From NCBI GenBank assembly GCA_013239625.1, contig MU054187.1:6645757-6709756 (forward strand): a DNA stretch of 64,000 bases, given 5' to 3'. Positions within the stretch are counted from its first letter, which is position 1. Every line of letters begins with the position of its first letter. Shown here piece by piece: positions 27,814 through 40,400 of the stretch. Source of the stretch: Lama guanicoe. Lineage: Eukaryota. The notes beneath the pieces were generated by a model. The model ran no database searches, was not told where the DNA came from, and was given only the letters and a program-made list of their open reading frames with translations. The position numbers were made by a program, and so were the translations under genes.

Positions 27814-28235
27814 CTGGAAAAAATAACATGAAGTAAGTATTACCACTTTCATAAAATGGCATGTTTATATATTACATAAGTATATTCTGAATGAATGTTT
27901 ATCATGGTATGTTTATCAAGGTATGACTATAAGCTTTGGGAAATATATTCATTCATGAATTAGGAGCTGCTTTTGCTTCTAAAACAGTTTCCCAGAATGT
28001 TATATATTGTGAGAAGTGGATCTACTTTACTTTCTCATAATGTGCTTTAATATAGTCCTTGCAACCATTCACCAACCGTACTGTCTAGAGGATACCTGTT
28101 TTTAGTTTCAACTTAAAAAAAAAAGTTGGATAAAAGTGAAATATTGGTTTTAAAGGTATTTAAAAAAAACTTCAATAACCAAAATTACAAATTATTTATT
28201 GTATTTTATTCTGAAACCAAAATACTGTGTTTTAC

Positions 28236-28352
28236 CTTCGTGAAGTGCTCTAGTGGGCTCAAATCCATCATCTGCATCACTTCCTACAAAGACACCGTCT
28301 TCTGGCTGTAGTTCTGCTGCTGGTCCATCCTGTTCTTGCTGCAGGTCCTCCC
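28236..28352 (-). CDS. ASPH: ASPH/junctate exon, 117 nt (GEDLQQEQDGPAAELQPEDGVFVGSDADDGFEPTRALHE)
   Basis: Acceptor TTCAAG|GG, donor GAAG|GTAAAA; frame preserving. Confidence 0.92.
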
Positions 28353-28854
28353 CTTGAACAATGATGATGAACAAAGTGACACGGGCGGACAGCAAGGGCC
28401 CCAGGCGGCAGCCAACACAGACATGCACACCCCATCTGAAAGGTTCCCGCATACCCGCTTCAGCGGCTGGGCGTTCCCTGTCCCTCCTGTGGGCCACTGA
28501 GCATGCTGCTGCCCACTCCGGAGCTCTGTCCTCACTCTGGCCAAGGGCCAGACCACCTCAGGGGGAAACAGGTCTGCTCTCACTAGAACATAAACTCACC
28601 AAGGACAGGAACCTCATACATTTTGGTCACTACGTATGCCCAGCACGTAGGGCCATGACTGGCCATAGGAAGTTCTCAATAAATACGTAATAAGTGAGTA
28701 AGTGAATTCATTATTATCACTATATTTGCCTCTTCAATTATCATGAGGTCAGAGAAACGGTCACCTTGTGACCTTTCATTGAGAACAGATATAAAATTCC
28801 ATGTAACAATCTTAAATAACTCTATGCAAATGTTTTATCACAAAGAACAGTCAG

Positions 28855-29194
28855 CCCCCCCCCAAACCATCTGCCAGGTCCTCTGCGTTGGGTCAGCTGC
28901 ATTCCACTTTGCCTTTAAAGCTTCCTAGGTTTAGCCTTTAAGTTATGCAAAGATGCCCATTTTCTGTCCTGAGATGTTCACGATATACTGAACTGCTCTG
29001 CTCCTTTTGTGTAGCTGTTGGAAACCCCCCCCCCCAAACCATCTGCCAGGTCCTCTGCGTTGGGTCAGCTGCATTCCACTTTGCCTTTAAAGCTTCCTAG
29101 GTTTAGCCTTTAAGTTATGCAAAGATGCCCATTTTCTGTCCTGAGATGTTCACGATATACTGAACTGCTCTGCTCCTTTTGTGTAGCTGTTGGA
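28855..29194 (+). repeat. Perfect two-copy tandem duplication, period 172 bp
   Basis: 28864-29022 is identical to 29036-29194; each copy follows a C run (C9, C11). Confidence 0.97.
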
Positions 29195-29344
29195 CACGCT
29201 ACCTTACTCCACTGCAATACGGGTTAGCTTGTCACTGTGGTGCAAAACATTCTCCCAGTAGTAACTTGACACGGCCTCGATCAGAGGCTGCCCTGGGTGT
29301 AACACTCTAACCACGGAACTCAAGTAAACTAGACTTAGCTGTGC

Positions 29345-29560
29345 AGTGCAGCATCGCGTTAGGAGTGTGGGGTCTGGTATATCTGACTCCAGATTTAGGT
29401 GCTTCCACAACAGCTGTGTGACCCTGGGTGAGTTACTTAACTACTCTGTGTCTAAGATCTCGCTTCATAAAAAAGAAATAATAAGAGTACCTACTCACAG
29501 AATTATCGTGAGGACTGATGCACTTAGGAAAATGCCTAGCCCATAATAAGTATTTAGGTT
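29345..29560 (+). mobile_element. MIR SINE
   Basis: agctgtgtgaccctgggtgagttacttaactactctgtg...agtacctactcacag. Confidence 0.8.
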
Positions 29561-30299
29561 CTATTGCTGTTGCGCTGCTGCTGTTGTTAATATTTTTACC
29601 ACCACCATCATCATCCTAGTAATAATATTACTATTTCTGAACTCTCCCACCAAACTGCAGGATGGGGTCCTTAGTCACTTTACCTCTAGGGTGGCCCAGT
29701 GGTGCCCCCAGGTGTTACTGGACTCTCAGGCCCTTTCATGTTGATAGTATTTCTTCCCCGTCCTCTCATCAGTCTGCTATCTTGTTTCTCCTCATTTCGG
29801 ATTTCCTGCTTCTCAGCAAGCCCATCACCAATTCTAACTCCTATCACTAATTTTATTACTCTTTTTCTTCTTGCCATGATGCTTTTTCCTTACTCTCATT
29901 TATTCAGTGAAATCTGACAGTTTTTATGTGAGCCAGACTGAGCCATCTCGGCCATCAGTTCAATGGAAGTCCCTGTTTTCAGTAGGAAAACAAACCAAGT
30001 GCCGTGCACCGTCTGAGTCTCTACTGTCTGGTATGAAAACAGGTTCCTGGGAGCGTACTAGACCCCACTGGAGGCACTGTCACACCCTCTGCGCCTGCTG
30101 CACCAACGCTATGGGGTAGCCTATTGAAGGATGAGGGACTCGAGAAACTTTGCTAAAGCCACACTGCTAATAAATTCAACGGCAGGACCTCAACCTTACA
30201 GTGAAATCCAGAATGACAGGGACAGAGTCTACTTCAGAGATCGCGTCAAGGAGGCCACGTTTGGGCTGTAAAATGTGAAAATGGGGACACACACATGTA

Positions 30300-30930
30300 C
30301 ACAAGCAAACACTAACAGAAGATATCACAAAGGCCCCCGTGGCAGGGACAGGCTTGGCAAGTGCATGGGAGAGACAGAAAACCAGCTGGGCTAGAGAAAA
30401 GTGAGCGAGGGGAGAGAGACTGGGCCCAGATTAGGCACAGTGAGCTGGGCCACATCAAACATGGGGTACTGAGGAGCAAAGATGGAAACAGGGATCCACC
30501 TGGGTGCCACTGCAGCGGTTGTGAGAAGAGGGGATGGTGGCAGACGTCAAAACACGTGTTAGAGGCAAAGCCGAAGGGAACTGCTGGTAGATGACATAGG
30601 AGGGGAGAAGAGGAGAGAGAAACAAGGAAAACTCCCAGATTGTTGCCTTTAGCAACTAAGTGAGAGGGAGGCGAAATGCAGAAGGCTGGAATAGGGTAAA
30701 ACATTTCTGGAGGGGGGGCGGGGGAGCGGTGAGACACAGAGGAATCAAGAATTCAGTTTTAGGAACCTCTTAAGTTGAGATACCCACAGAACATGCAAAT
30801 AGAAATAAGAACGTGCAGTTGGATAAAAACAAGAGCTCAGGTGACAGATCAGGGCTGTAGACATAAGTTCGGAAGCAATACAAATAATGCTAAAAGCCAC
30901 GGCCTGTGACTTTCCTAGGGAGAAAGCCTT
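30300..30930 (-). mobile_element. L2 fragment
   Basis: Reversed L2 motifs (agagctcaggtgacagatcagggctgtagacataagtt). Confidence 0.6.
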
Positions 30931-32488
30931 GATCAAGAAAGAGGTCCACGGAGCACAGGTGCTGGAGGACTTCTCCCTCCTCAGGCTTCCTGCACCCACC
31001 CACCTAAGATCTAGCACACCCTCTACCTCTTTCACTCACCACCTTGGGTGAAATTTGGTCTGACCAGCATCTGGACTCACTTGGGTCACCAGTACAACCC
31101 CTGATCTGATCTCCCTGCTAACATTCCCTCTGACTCACTTCCCATGCTGCAGACAGAATACCCAACGCTCCTGCACACGCTTAGAATCAAGCAAAAATAT
31201 CCACCCCCTCGTCTCTCTCCACCTGTGTGTTTCACGTGTCAGCCGACCTGAACCACGTCGAGCCTCTTTGGCCTCTGAACTTTCACACATGCCATGCTCT
31301 CCGTTGAAAACATCTCACTAACATCTGCCTGGTAAAGCACTACACCATCCTCCAGCTCCTAAACCAAAGCACCATTTCTTCCAGGAAGCCTCCCCTAACC
31401 CCAAAGACTGAGCAAGCCCCACAGAGCACCCTGGCGTCTCACCACCACCGTCCTTACCTCATCATACTGAGATCACTTCCATATCTAGACTGCATCATTC
31501 TTGTGTTAGGTTAAAATGAAAACTTTCTTAAAAGGGTAGGAAGAAGAAGCCTGTGCTCAGACAGGCAGATACACACTCCGGTGAAGCAGTGTTTCTAGCT
31601 GAGAATAAACTGGTAACTAACAAATGGACACAGGCTCCCAGGCCATTAGCAACCAACAGTAAAAACCTATGACTCAGCCGAAGCTCGTCTCCCCAGTGGA
31701 GCAGAGGAGTTAGGCATGATGCTCTCTACTTAACCCCTAACCCAAGACTGAATAAGACAGCTTAGCAGGCCTGCTAAAGCCCGACTTCAATGATAGGGAA
31801 TTCTGTTTGTTTTTAGGAAACTTTTTTTTGGCTTTTTCCTTTAGGATCGCTTTCAGCTCACACCAAACCCCTGAAGGCATCAGAACACCATGTGTTCCGC
31901 CCTCTTCAAAATCCTTCTGTGAGTTACATTTTGGGGTTATACTCTCTGCTTTTATCAAGGGATGCTTCAAGGAAACAGCCTCATAAAATCGTCAAGCACT
32001 GGTTTCTCCAGTATCCTTTCACATTCTCTGTACAGAACTTCACATGAGAAAGTTTTTAGACGTGAGAGCCGGGAAAAGGTGTTACGTTCTCTAAGTAAAC
32101 AGCATGTTTGCTTCTTCTCTAGTAACGCCACCGACATAATTAAAAGTGTCTCCTTTTTGCTTGGGTGGCCACTCAAGCACGCAGTAAAATCTGAGGGCTG
32201 ACGACAGCTCCCAGAGCGCCTGTGACGGCTTGCCTGGTTCTGTTCTCTCTCCCTCCTCTGGCGCTGCCATCGGTTCTTGATGTGTCATTAGTCTCGATTT
32301 GTTTGTTCTCTTCACAAGAAAATGGGGTAAAACGAGTGTGGCGCTGCTTTAGAAATACTTGTCCTCTAATAACTTTAAAAAAACCCAGACACTTAATTAT
32401 CATTTAAATTTTAAAATAACGTCCAAGTCATTTTATGTAACTAACCATTATTTTGGTAATGTGTGAAAACACAGATTTTAATTCATAC

Positions 32489-32563
32489 CATGTTCTGTGT
32501 ATACTGTTTCATGGAGAAGTGACTGAATTTGTTCTTGCACTTCATCTTCAATATTCTGAGGCC
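32489..32563 (-). CDS. ASPH: ASPH/junctate exon, 75 nt (GPQNIEDEVQEQIQSLLHETVYTEH)
   Basis: Acceptor TTTTAG|GG, donor CATG|GTATGA. Confidence 0.96.
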
Positions 32564-34256
32564 CTAAAATAATTACAGAACATAACTAAGTAGAAAAAAT
32601 TTAGACATTAGTGTAGAACATGAAGTACAGTATCCACGTATACACATTAAAATGAATATATTTGACTAATATTAATTGTGCACCTTTTTCATCTCAGTAT
32701 AGCCCCTTTTTCCCCCAATGTTGGCAAATACAGATATTTTAAATTGGCTTTATTTTGATAGCAGATATAAATGCTAAAAGGCTTCTCCGTAAGCTACTCA
32801 AAATAGGAAATTAATTTGGGTTCAGATTTTTCTTTAAAAAAGACAAACCAACCTCACTCAGAGCAAAATCATTTCAGTTTCTAGTTAACAAAATTTATGC
32901 TGGTGGTAGAATAAAGACGGGCAGAGCTTTCAGAAAAGGAAGTACTGGGAAATACGGATAAATGCGGAAGACAGCTCACTATCCGGCAGAGTACGTGCTC
33001 AACCCCTCTCCCCCTTGACAGTGAGGAGAAGGGCCCCCGGCTGGTGTGAGGGCTGGGATGGGCAGGGTTGGGTGCCCACTCCCGGAAGGTGTCGGGAAGT
33101 GTGAGTGGATAACAGACTGAAGGATTTAGGAGGACAATTTAATTTATCAGTAATATGCAAAGAGCAGTATTAACATAGAATAAAAAAGGAAAAAAGGAAG
33201 CAAGTGGTACAACATTACAGAGTAAGTACCGGCTTTGAAAAGCAAGACTCTTAAATTATAAATTAAGTTCAAAGTAAAATTTGAGGTGTCAAATCTAAAT
33301 ACACATTTAAATGATAAAGCTTAAAAAAAAGAATCACTCTAGCCCTGGTAGGATTAGAGCAATTCTACAGGAATGGAAGAGACAAAAAATTCTCCTGGGA
33401 TTGCCATTTAAGCAACGACAGAAAAATGAGAGCAACATATTGACCTCTGTTAAAAGGAAGGAAGGAAAATCAAATGATTCACCAGTACGTAGTGATCAGC
33501 CAAAGTACCATCTGGACTGAGTAATTAACTTGCCAGCAAATATGTAGTGTATTACCTAACATCCCCAATAGGTGGCAAGATGAAACCAAATTTTGAGAAC
33601 TACTGGGTAAATGAAAAATGTGCAGAAATTAAATAGTACTTTGTAATAAAAATCAAAGCATAAATCGGAAATGATAGTAATGGAATCAAGTTTCATTTAC
33701 GAATTTAGTCAGAGATTTCAGCAGTTTTCGTCCTATGAGTCACAGGCCTTTGGGTGACTAAGAAGGTACTTGAATTGATCTGTGCAGTCATGTAGATACA
33801 CACAGGCTTACAGGTGATCACACGGAGGCCTGGGAGGTCTTCTGATGTAGACAGGAGACTCATATTAAAGACTGGGGACCCAGGAGACCTACTCTACTAC
33901 ATAATGTGACAAATGAGGACAAAAGTAGTGTCCAGTATGTGTCTAATTTTATTTTCAATGGAACGTGGTACAGTAGTCCTGGAACTGGAATCAAGAAACA
34001 ACATTTAGTTCACGATGTTCTTAACTGTGATTTAGCAAGGAGCGCCCACCTGTGCCTTTGATTCTTGATCTCAAAAATTAAAACAATCCCATGTAAATTT
34101 TTACTAGAAGAAATAAACTATAAAATTTCAGAAGACAAGAAGAAAAGGTATTTCACTGTTCTATAAATATTGTGTAACAAAAACACGATTCTGCAAACTG
34201 CTACCTCGGGTACCTGGCAGCTGAGGTGCATCTGGTCAGAACGAGAGGAAGCTTAC

Positions 34257-34349
34257 CTGGCTCCTCCAGAACCTGGTCCTCCAGCCAAGGGTACGGCTCG
34301 GCCTCTTCTGGTGGGACTGTTGGCTTTGGAGCAGATCTTTCTTTAAGGC
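34257..34349 (-). CDS. ASPH: ASPH/junctate exon, 93 nt (GLKERSAPKPTVPPEEAEPYPWLEDQVLEEP)
   Basis: Acceptor ATGCAG|GC, donor CCAG|GTAAGC; resembles bovine/human ASPH. Confidence 0.95.
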
Positions 34350-37069
34350 CTGCATTTTTATTCACAAAATTAACTTAAGATTTTTTTTTGACACATTAAG
34401 CCAAGTAAAATCATATTCTCAAACACTTCATCAATACGGCCAGTAATTCAAAGTTTCCGAGATTTTTATACTACATGAACATGTTGATATGCTTAAAAAC
34501 TGAAGGAGGAAAACAGTTTGTTCTGTAACTTCACCTGCGCCTTTAACATCTCTTCACCTAAATTATCCTTTCATTCAAAAAACTGTAACCACTGTTTAAA
34601 TATTCACAAATCTCTAAAGTATGAAGTCATAAAAAATAAAACAAGAAGTCATGTCTGAACTTGCCAGAAGTTCAGTATGAGTTCAATCTCCTCTTGTGTT
34701 TGTAAGTGACTAATTCACTTCTAAGCCTTGAACTCCAACTTCAGCAACAAGAAAACTAAGATGCATTGGAACTTCCTCTTGTTATTTGTCTGCACTCCAT
34801 ATTTTGATTTATATTTCATTAATTATTCTTCTTGAGAACTATAGCTAAAGATGAGAGGAAATAATACATAACTCACTATGTACAATCTTCTAAAGTCAAC
34901 ACTTGTGAGCAATCGTATTATTCCATAAAAGCTCAAAGATACAGGGAAAAAATTCTTTTGTTTTTCTTTTTACTTCTTAAGGAAAAGAAGACATCAGGGT
35001 TAAATGAACATGAACGCTTATTTTAAAGGCAAAGTAGTCTAAAATCTATTATACTCTTAGGCCTTTGATATTGTATATGTAGCACGTTAAAATACATCCT
35101 CAATTGAGTATTTATAAAACTAAACTAATTGGCATGACTATTCCATTTACCAAACCCTGGGCTCCTCACCACGCCACTGAGAATCTTGTACCAAGAGTCG
35201 CTATTAAAGGGGATATGTTCTGCACATCAGCAGGTGGGGTGAAAGGTCGGGACAGAACTGAGGGGCCTTTTCTAATCTTAAGCACCTTTAAACAACTCTT
35301 AATGGTAGATACACCGTTGTGTCTGGAAAATCCTCATTTCAATGTCATTTACTCTTCTGTTTTGGTTCTTTATATTTTTCCGTATTATTTCCCTTTCTTT
35401 ATCTCTTCATTTTTCTGTCATTGACAGAAACACACTCCCACTTTCCCAAATCCTAAAAAGACAGTGAAACAGAGCTTCGCAGGACCCCAGCTCATCATTT
35501 CTACTTCCTCTAGTTACTTATTTCTGACACTACTTACCCTCAAAACCTAACCTTAGAAAAACAAACACCAGCACATACAGTTGCCTTCTACTTACAACCA
35601 TAAAGTAGATTCCGGAGAGAAACTTACACAAACAGGCACAGATCCTGAAGGCAGTTCAGTTTCAGGGGGTGGTGGCTGGGGGTAAGGGGTGGAGGCTCAC
35701 TAACACGCATCACATTTCAAATTCCAAATTCAGGGCTGAAAACTCCCCACGCCCTTTCCATTTAAATAACCCATGCTTCTACCTCTCAACTGTTCGTCTA
35801 ACAGGTACGGACCTTCTCATTGCCAAGTGCTGCTGAATGAATGGGGCAAACCTTGAGAGTCTTCAGAGTCAAGCCATTTATCTTTGCACTCTCAGCACCT
35901 CAGAAAACACCTGGCACATAGCAGGTGCTCAGTGATCATATGCTGAAGGGTGGGGTGCACCCAAGGGTGGGGCTACTCTCCCCTTTAAAGGCTGCAGGTT
36001 GCCTGCAGGGCCAGGCTCCTGAGCTGCACTAGGGTGGGCTGTAGATAGGGGAAGGGGGACTCACAGCAGTGTCCCTCCCACTATTTACCAAAGAGACGCT
36101 TATCCGTGCTCCAGCAGCACCCAGCATTTCAGTACCACAAGCGCAGAAGCCCGCACAGTCTGTTTATGCCTGTTGCCTTGGTATAATTATTCTGCACTCA
36201 AAAATATCTCAGTTTGGATGAAAAATTACTAGGGTCATTCTTCACCAATCCCATCTAGAGCAGGTTTTCAAATTGTGCTCCATGGGTTCAATAAGCAGTA
36301 AAATATTTCCCCATCAAACAATAAAGATTTAAGCTGCCTGAAAATCCCATTCATATTGGATTTTGAGAAGAGTTTCATTAGGAAAAAAAAAAAAGTTGAT
36401 GCTAAAAGTGTTTGAAAACCAATATCCAGGCCTACAATGCCCCTAACAACCAGCTTTCTCTAAATTGGCTGGAAATTACTTGTCTCTCAAATCTAAATTT
36501 AAAACGTGAAAAACAACAGGAGAAAGCAAAAGCACGTCACAAGAGAAAGCATTGAGCAGTTTTCTTTTCTGTCTGAAGTGGCAGCAAAATTGTAAATATT
36601 GATACCAGGTAACAGCTATTTTCCAGAGGAGAAGTCAGTGCAAAAATAAACTATTTTGTAAACTTCAAAGAAGCTGAAGATCGTATTAACACATCTCCTT
36701 CCCTAGACCCTTATAAACTTTCTAATATTTAGCAAAAACACATTCTAAAATAATTGTTATTGTTTTGATAACCCATATGGAAGCTTTTATCCTGGTGTTT
36801 CCGAAAAATTTTTTGCCACCCAAATCCATTTTAGTCCATGAAGCTATGGATAAGTGTTCCCCAGAAAATAGTGGTAAATCCACATCTCATACAAGACTTT
36901 AGGCAAAAAGTTAAAAAAAAAAATAAGCAAGAAAAATAAATACATACAAGGCAAAGGAAAGGTTTTCAAATTGGATTTATTATAAGGTACACATAGTGGC
37001 AAGATATAGCACTGAAATAAATATTCAAAATTAGGTTATGAAATGAATGTATCAGTTTTCATCAAAGTC

Positions 37070-37158
37070 TTTTTTTTTTTCAGTGGAGGTACTGGGTATT
37101 GAACCCAGGACCTCATGCATGCTAAGCATGCACTCTACCACGGAGCTATACCCTCCCC
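37070..37158 (-). mobile_element. tRNA-derived camelid SINE (vic-1 type) with poly(A) tail and target-site duplication
   Basis: Reverse strand reads GGGGAGGGTATAGCTCCGTGGTAGAGTGCATGCTTAGCATGCATGAGGTCCTGGGTTCAATACCCAG (A and B boxes); flanking tg(a/t)atgtatcagtttt at 37044-37059 and 37159-37174. Confidence 0.9.
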
Positions 37159-37162
37159 TGTA

Positions 37163-37490
37163 TGTATCAGTTTTGATGTTCCTGGGGCTGCAAATCACAA
37201 AATACCAACTCACACTGGCAAGAAGGAAATTTATTATCTAACTTCACAAGTAGTGCAGAGGCAGGCAGACATGCTCTCCGCACTGGTTTCATCCTGGGGC
37301 TGGCACCCAGGGATCCCCAGCTGCAAGCTCCTCTTTCAGACAAGACGATGTCCAGAAGCAAAGGACCACCTCTTGCTCTGCTTCTTTCTTATTAGGCTTG
37401 AGGAAATCTTCTCTGGAAACTCCCAGCCATCTTTCCTTTCAGCTTTAATAGTCAAAACCAGAACCCACTTCCACTCCTAAGCTCGCCAGA
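37163..37490 (-). mobile_element. MLT1-type LTR fragment
   Basis: Reversed MLT1 end: tgcaaatcacaaaataccaactcacactggc...ggaaatttatt. Confidence 0.55.
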
Positions 37491-40400
37491 GCAACAGGAG
37501 GACAATTGCTTGACAGTAATTAGCTAGGGTTGAATGAATGTTGCAAGTGAACCACAACAGCTCCTGTAGGATTTGGAAAACCAACTAATTCTCTTAAAAC
37601 ATACCTTGTTTTTAGTTCTTTGGGCACATGAGACATATTAGGAAAATTTTTTAAATATTTACATTTAATAAATGTATAGTTTTCCCTCCAACTTTAATTA
37701 AAAATGGGGTAAGTTATAAAAATTAAATGCAACGAGCACTTCTGCAAATTTGATTATCTGACACAATTACCTCAGCCCAGGATTAGCTTACTTCATTCAC
37801 TACTGCCCAACATCACCTAATCATCATGAGAAAGAATAAATGCATTTTCTTCCCATAAATACACAACTGATTAAAACTTACTAAATTGCATATTGCAGCC
37901 AGTCATTCAACAAACATTTAGAGCTCACTAATGCAAGGAAGTCCTATAGAAAACCAACACACAAAAGCCCTACCTCCCGCGGGAAGGGAGCAATTAAAAA
38001 GATAAGAAATAGGGATTATTTAGAGTATATGAGGTGAGGAAGGATGGCATGGGGAAGACCGTGACAGGGAGTACCAGGCCCTGAGGGAAAGGGGGCAGGG
38101 CTATTTCCAATAAACTGATAAGGAAAGGACTCACTTGAACAAGTTCCTGACAGAGATCAGGGGTGTGGCTGTGTGAGTTACACAGGGGAAGAGTCTCCTG
38201 GTTAAGGTCTGGACCAGAAAGTACGAAATTCCTCGGCAGGGAGGGTGCTGGAGTGCGGAGGGGCCAGGTGGCCAGCACAGCTGGAGAGCACGGGCCTGAG
38301 ACTCAGGAAGGTCCTGGACCCCCGATCAGAGGAGGACTTTACTCTGAGTGAGGGTAAAGGATTCACGTTTCCTAAGAATTATATACAATCTGCTTCCTCC
38401 ACAAAATGTGGGAAAGTAAGGATTATACATAGCATTATGCTTCACAAGATGTCACATACTTAGCTCATAAAAGCTAAGGCATTTTTAAAAACTAGCTTAT
38501 CAGTCTCTGGTTTACTAATTCAGGGGCGTACAGAGGAATACAATTTTTATCTTACCCATCCAGGTTACTCCAGCTGCTGCTGTTCATACAGGGGAAGAGC
38601 TCAGGACTGCTACTGACTGCCTCAAATGCAAGCAGTCTAACAGCGTAAATCAACCTACCCCAAGAATATCCCTAACAGGTACATGAAACTTGAGAAATAT
38701 TCTGGGACATCAATAAGCCAGAAAGGCACACATCCTAACTGGCCACGCTAATGCTTGCAGTTGTTCTTGGCTTGTAAAATCAGCACACACAATGTCAGCA
38801 GATACACCAGGAGCAGCCCGACAGCTCCCGAGACTGCCAGGAACCAGAAGAGCTGCTCCTTGATGCACAACACGAGCCATTCCAGACTCAAAAGATCTTC
38901 ACACGACCCAAGATGGACGGACAGATTTCAGGAAGAGGATGACATAAATCTCAAAAGAATTAAATACTGCCAAAAAGCTCCCAAGAGCCTGGTTTTGGGG
39001 ACCAACAAAGGGACTCCATAAAGGCTGGAGTGGAGTGGACTCAGTTTAACGTCTTGCAACGTGAGACCGTGAGTCAGCGCTCTGGTACGGGAACCAAGAG
39101 GGCTGCCTTTGGGTTCCATCGGAATCTCGCCTTCAGCACGTTACCACTGCTGCAACTCTGGTCCCCACGAGCACACAAAGCAGACACAACAGTACCTCCT
39201 TAGCAAGGTTTTCAGAATTAAGTAAGGTCATTTAAACCCAGCAAATATACATTTTTTCCATCAGTTAATTATTTCCTTTATTTCCTCCAAAGGAACGAAT
39301 TAACCCCGCTCCCTGCACACGTACACACAACAACATGAACACAGTTAAAGGCAGTTTATAAGGTGGTTAAAACAAGTACTGAAGAAACTCTGGGCTTTTC
39401 TTTAAAAAAAATATTTTTCCCCTTTCTAATATTATTAATTGCATACAGATCCGAAATATTTTTTAAATATCTATTTTATATGTTGGGCATTCAATACACA
39501 TACACTGAATGCCTACTATTGTCTGTTACTATGATAAGCACTGGATAAAAACCGTAGTCTGGTAGCAAAGTCCAGGAATGAAGCAAAGTGATGAGCATGG
39601 TAACTGGAAGGTACACAGTCCACCCACCTGCGAGGATCAGAGAAAGTGAGTGCAGATGTGACGACTCAGGAGGATCCTGCAAGAAGCAGAAGGCAGCCCA
39701 GCCCAGACTGGGAGTGCAGTGTAGGCAGAGGGGAAGTGGGCAGTGCTAGCAACAGTCCAGTGTATTTTTCCCCCGTCCCTTGTTTATCTCATAGCATCTC
39801 ATTGTAGGGACAGTATCCCCAGAACAGCCACCGGCACGCTGCAGATACTCTGAACATCTCTCCCACGAATCAATAAATGGGAAATAGAAATGACACAGCA
39901 TGTGGGGTCTTATTTCACTACGAAAAAAACAACACAGACACTTTAAGTATATGCCTTCCTCTGATCTCTTAGGATACAAGAGAGGAAATGTTTGAGGCAA
40001 GTGACAGACAGACCTCCATGATGTACAGATGCTAATAAAGAGTGATAAATACATACAAAAAAATGAAATCAAATGATGTATGAAATGAGAACATGAAAAA
40101 TTGAGGATGTTCTGCTCGGCGGGGCTTACAAAATGGAAGCTTTTGCAGACACTGATTTCTATGTAAAAATGACACCCCCAAACCAGCAATAAACAACTAC
40201 TTAACGTGGTTTCATCCTCAGGCGAATGGAGGAGGCAGGACATGAGACTACAGATGGTTACCGAGGATTTTTTTCCAAGTACCCCAAACAAGGTTTTCAT
40301 GAGAATAAGCCTTGCGGGTCTGCTGTGTAATACTCAGCCTTCAGTTTCCTAAGAACAAAAACTTTCTCTTTAAATAGAACCAGGGGAAAACGTAAGGAGC

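Noticed and set aside
20198..29194. Direct repeats considered as a CRISPR-like array
   Set aside because: Units are adjacent with no unique spacers, no cas genes, eukaryotic intron context
31737..32407. Cluster of overlapping short ORFs suggesting a pseudogene or extra exon
   Set aside because: No recognisable protein, poly(A) tail, TSD or consistent splice sites
37085..37158. tRNA-like sequence
   Set aside because: Poly(A) tail and TSD show it is a SINE, not a tRNA gene
39746..40300. 184-aa minus-strand ORF
   Set aside because: Cys/Phe/Leu-rich composition typical of non-coding frames; no recognisable homology
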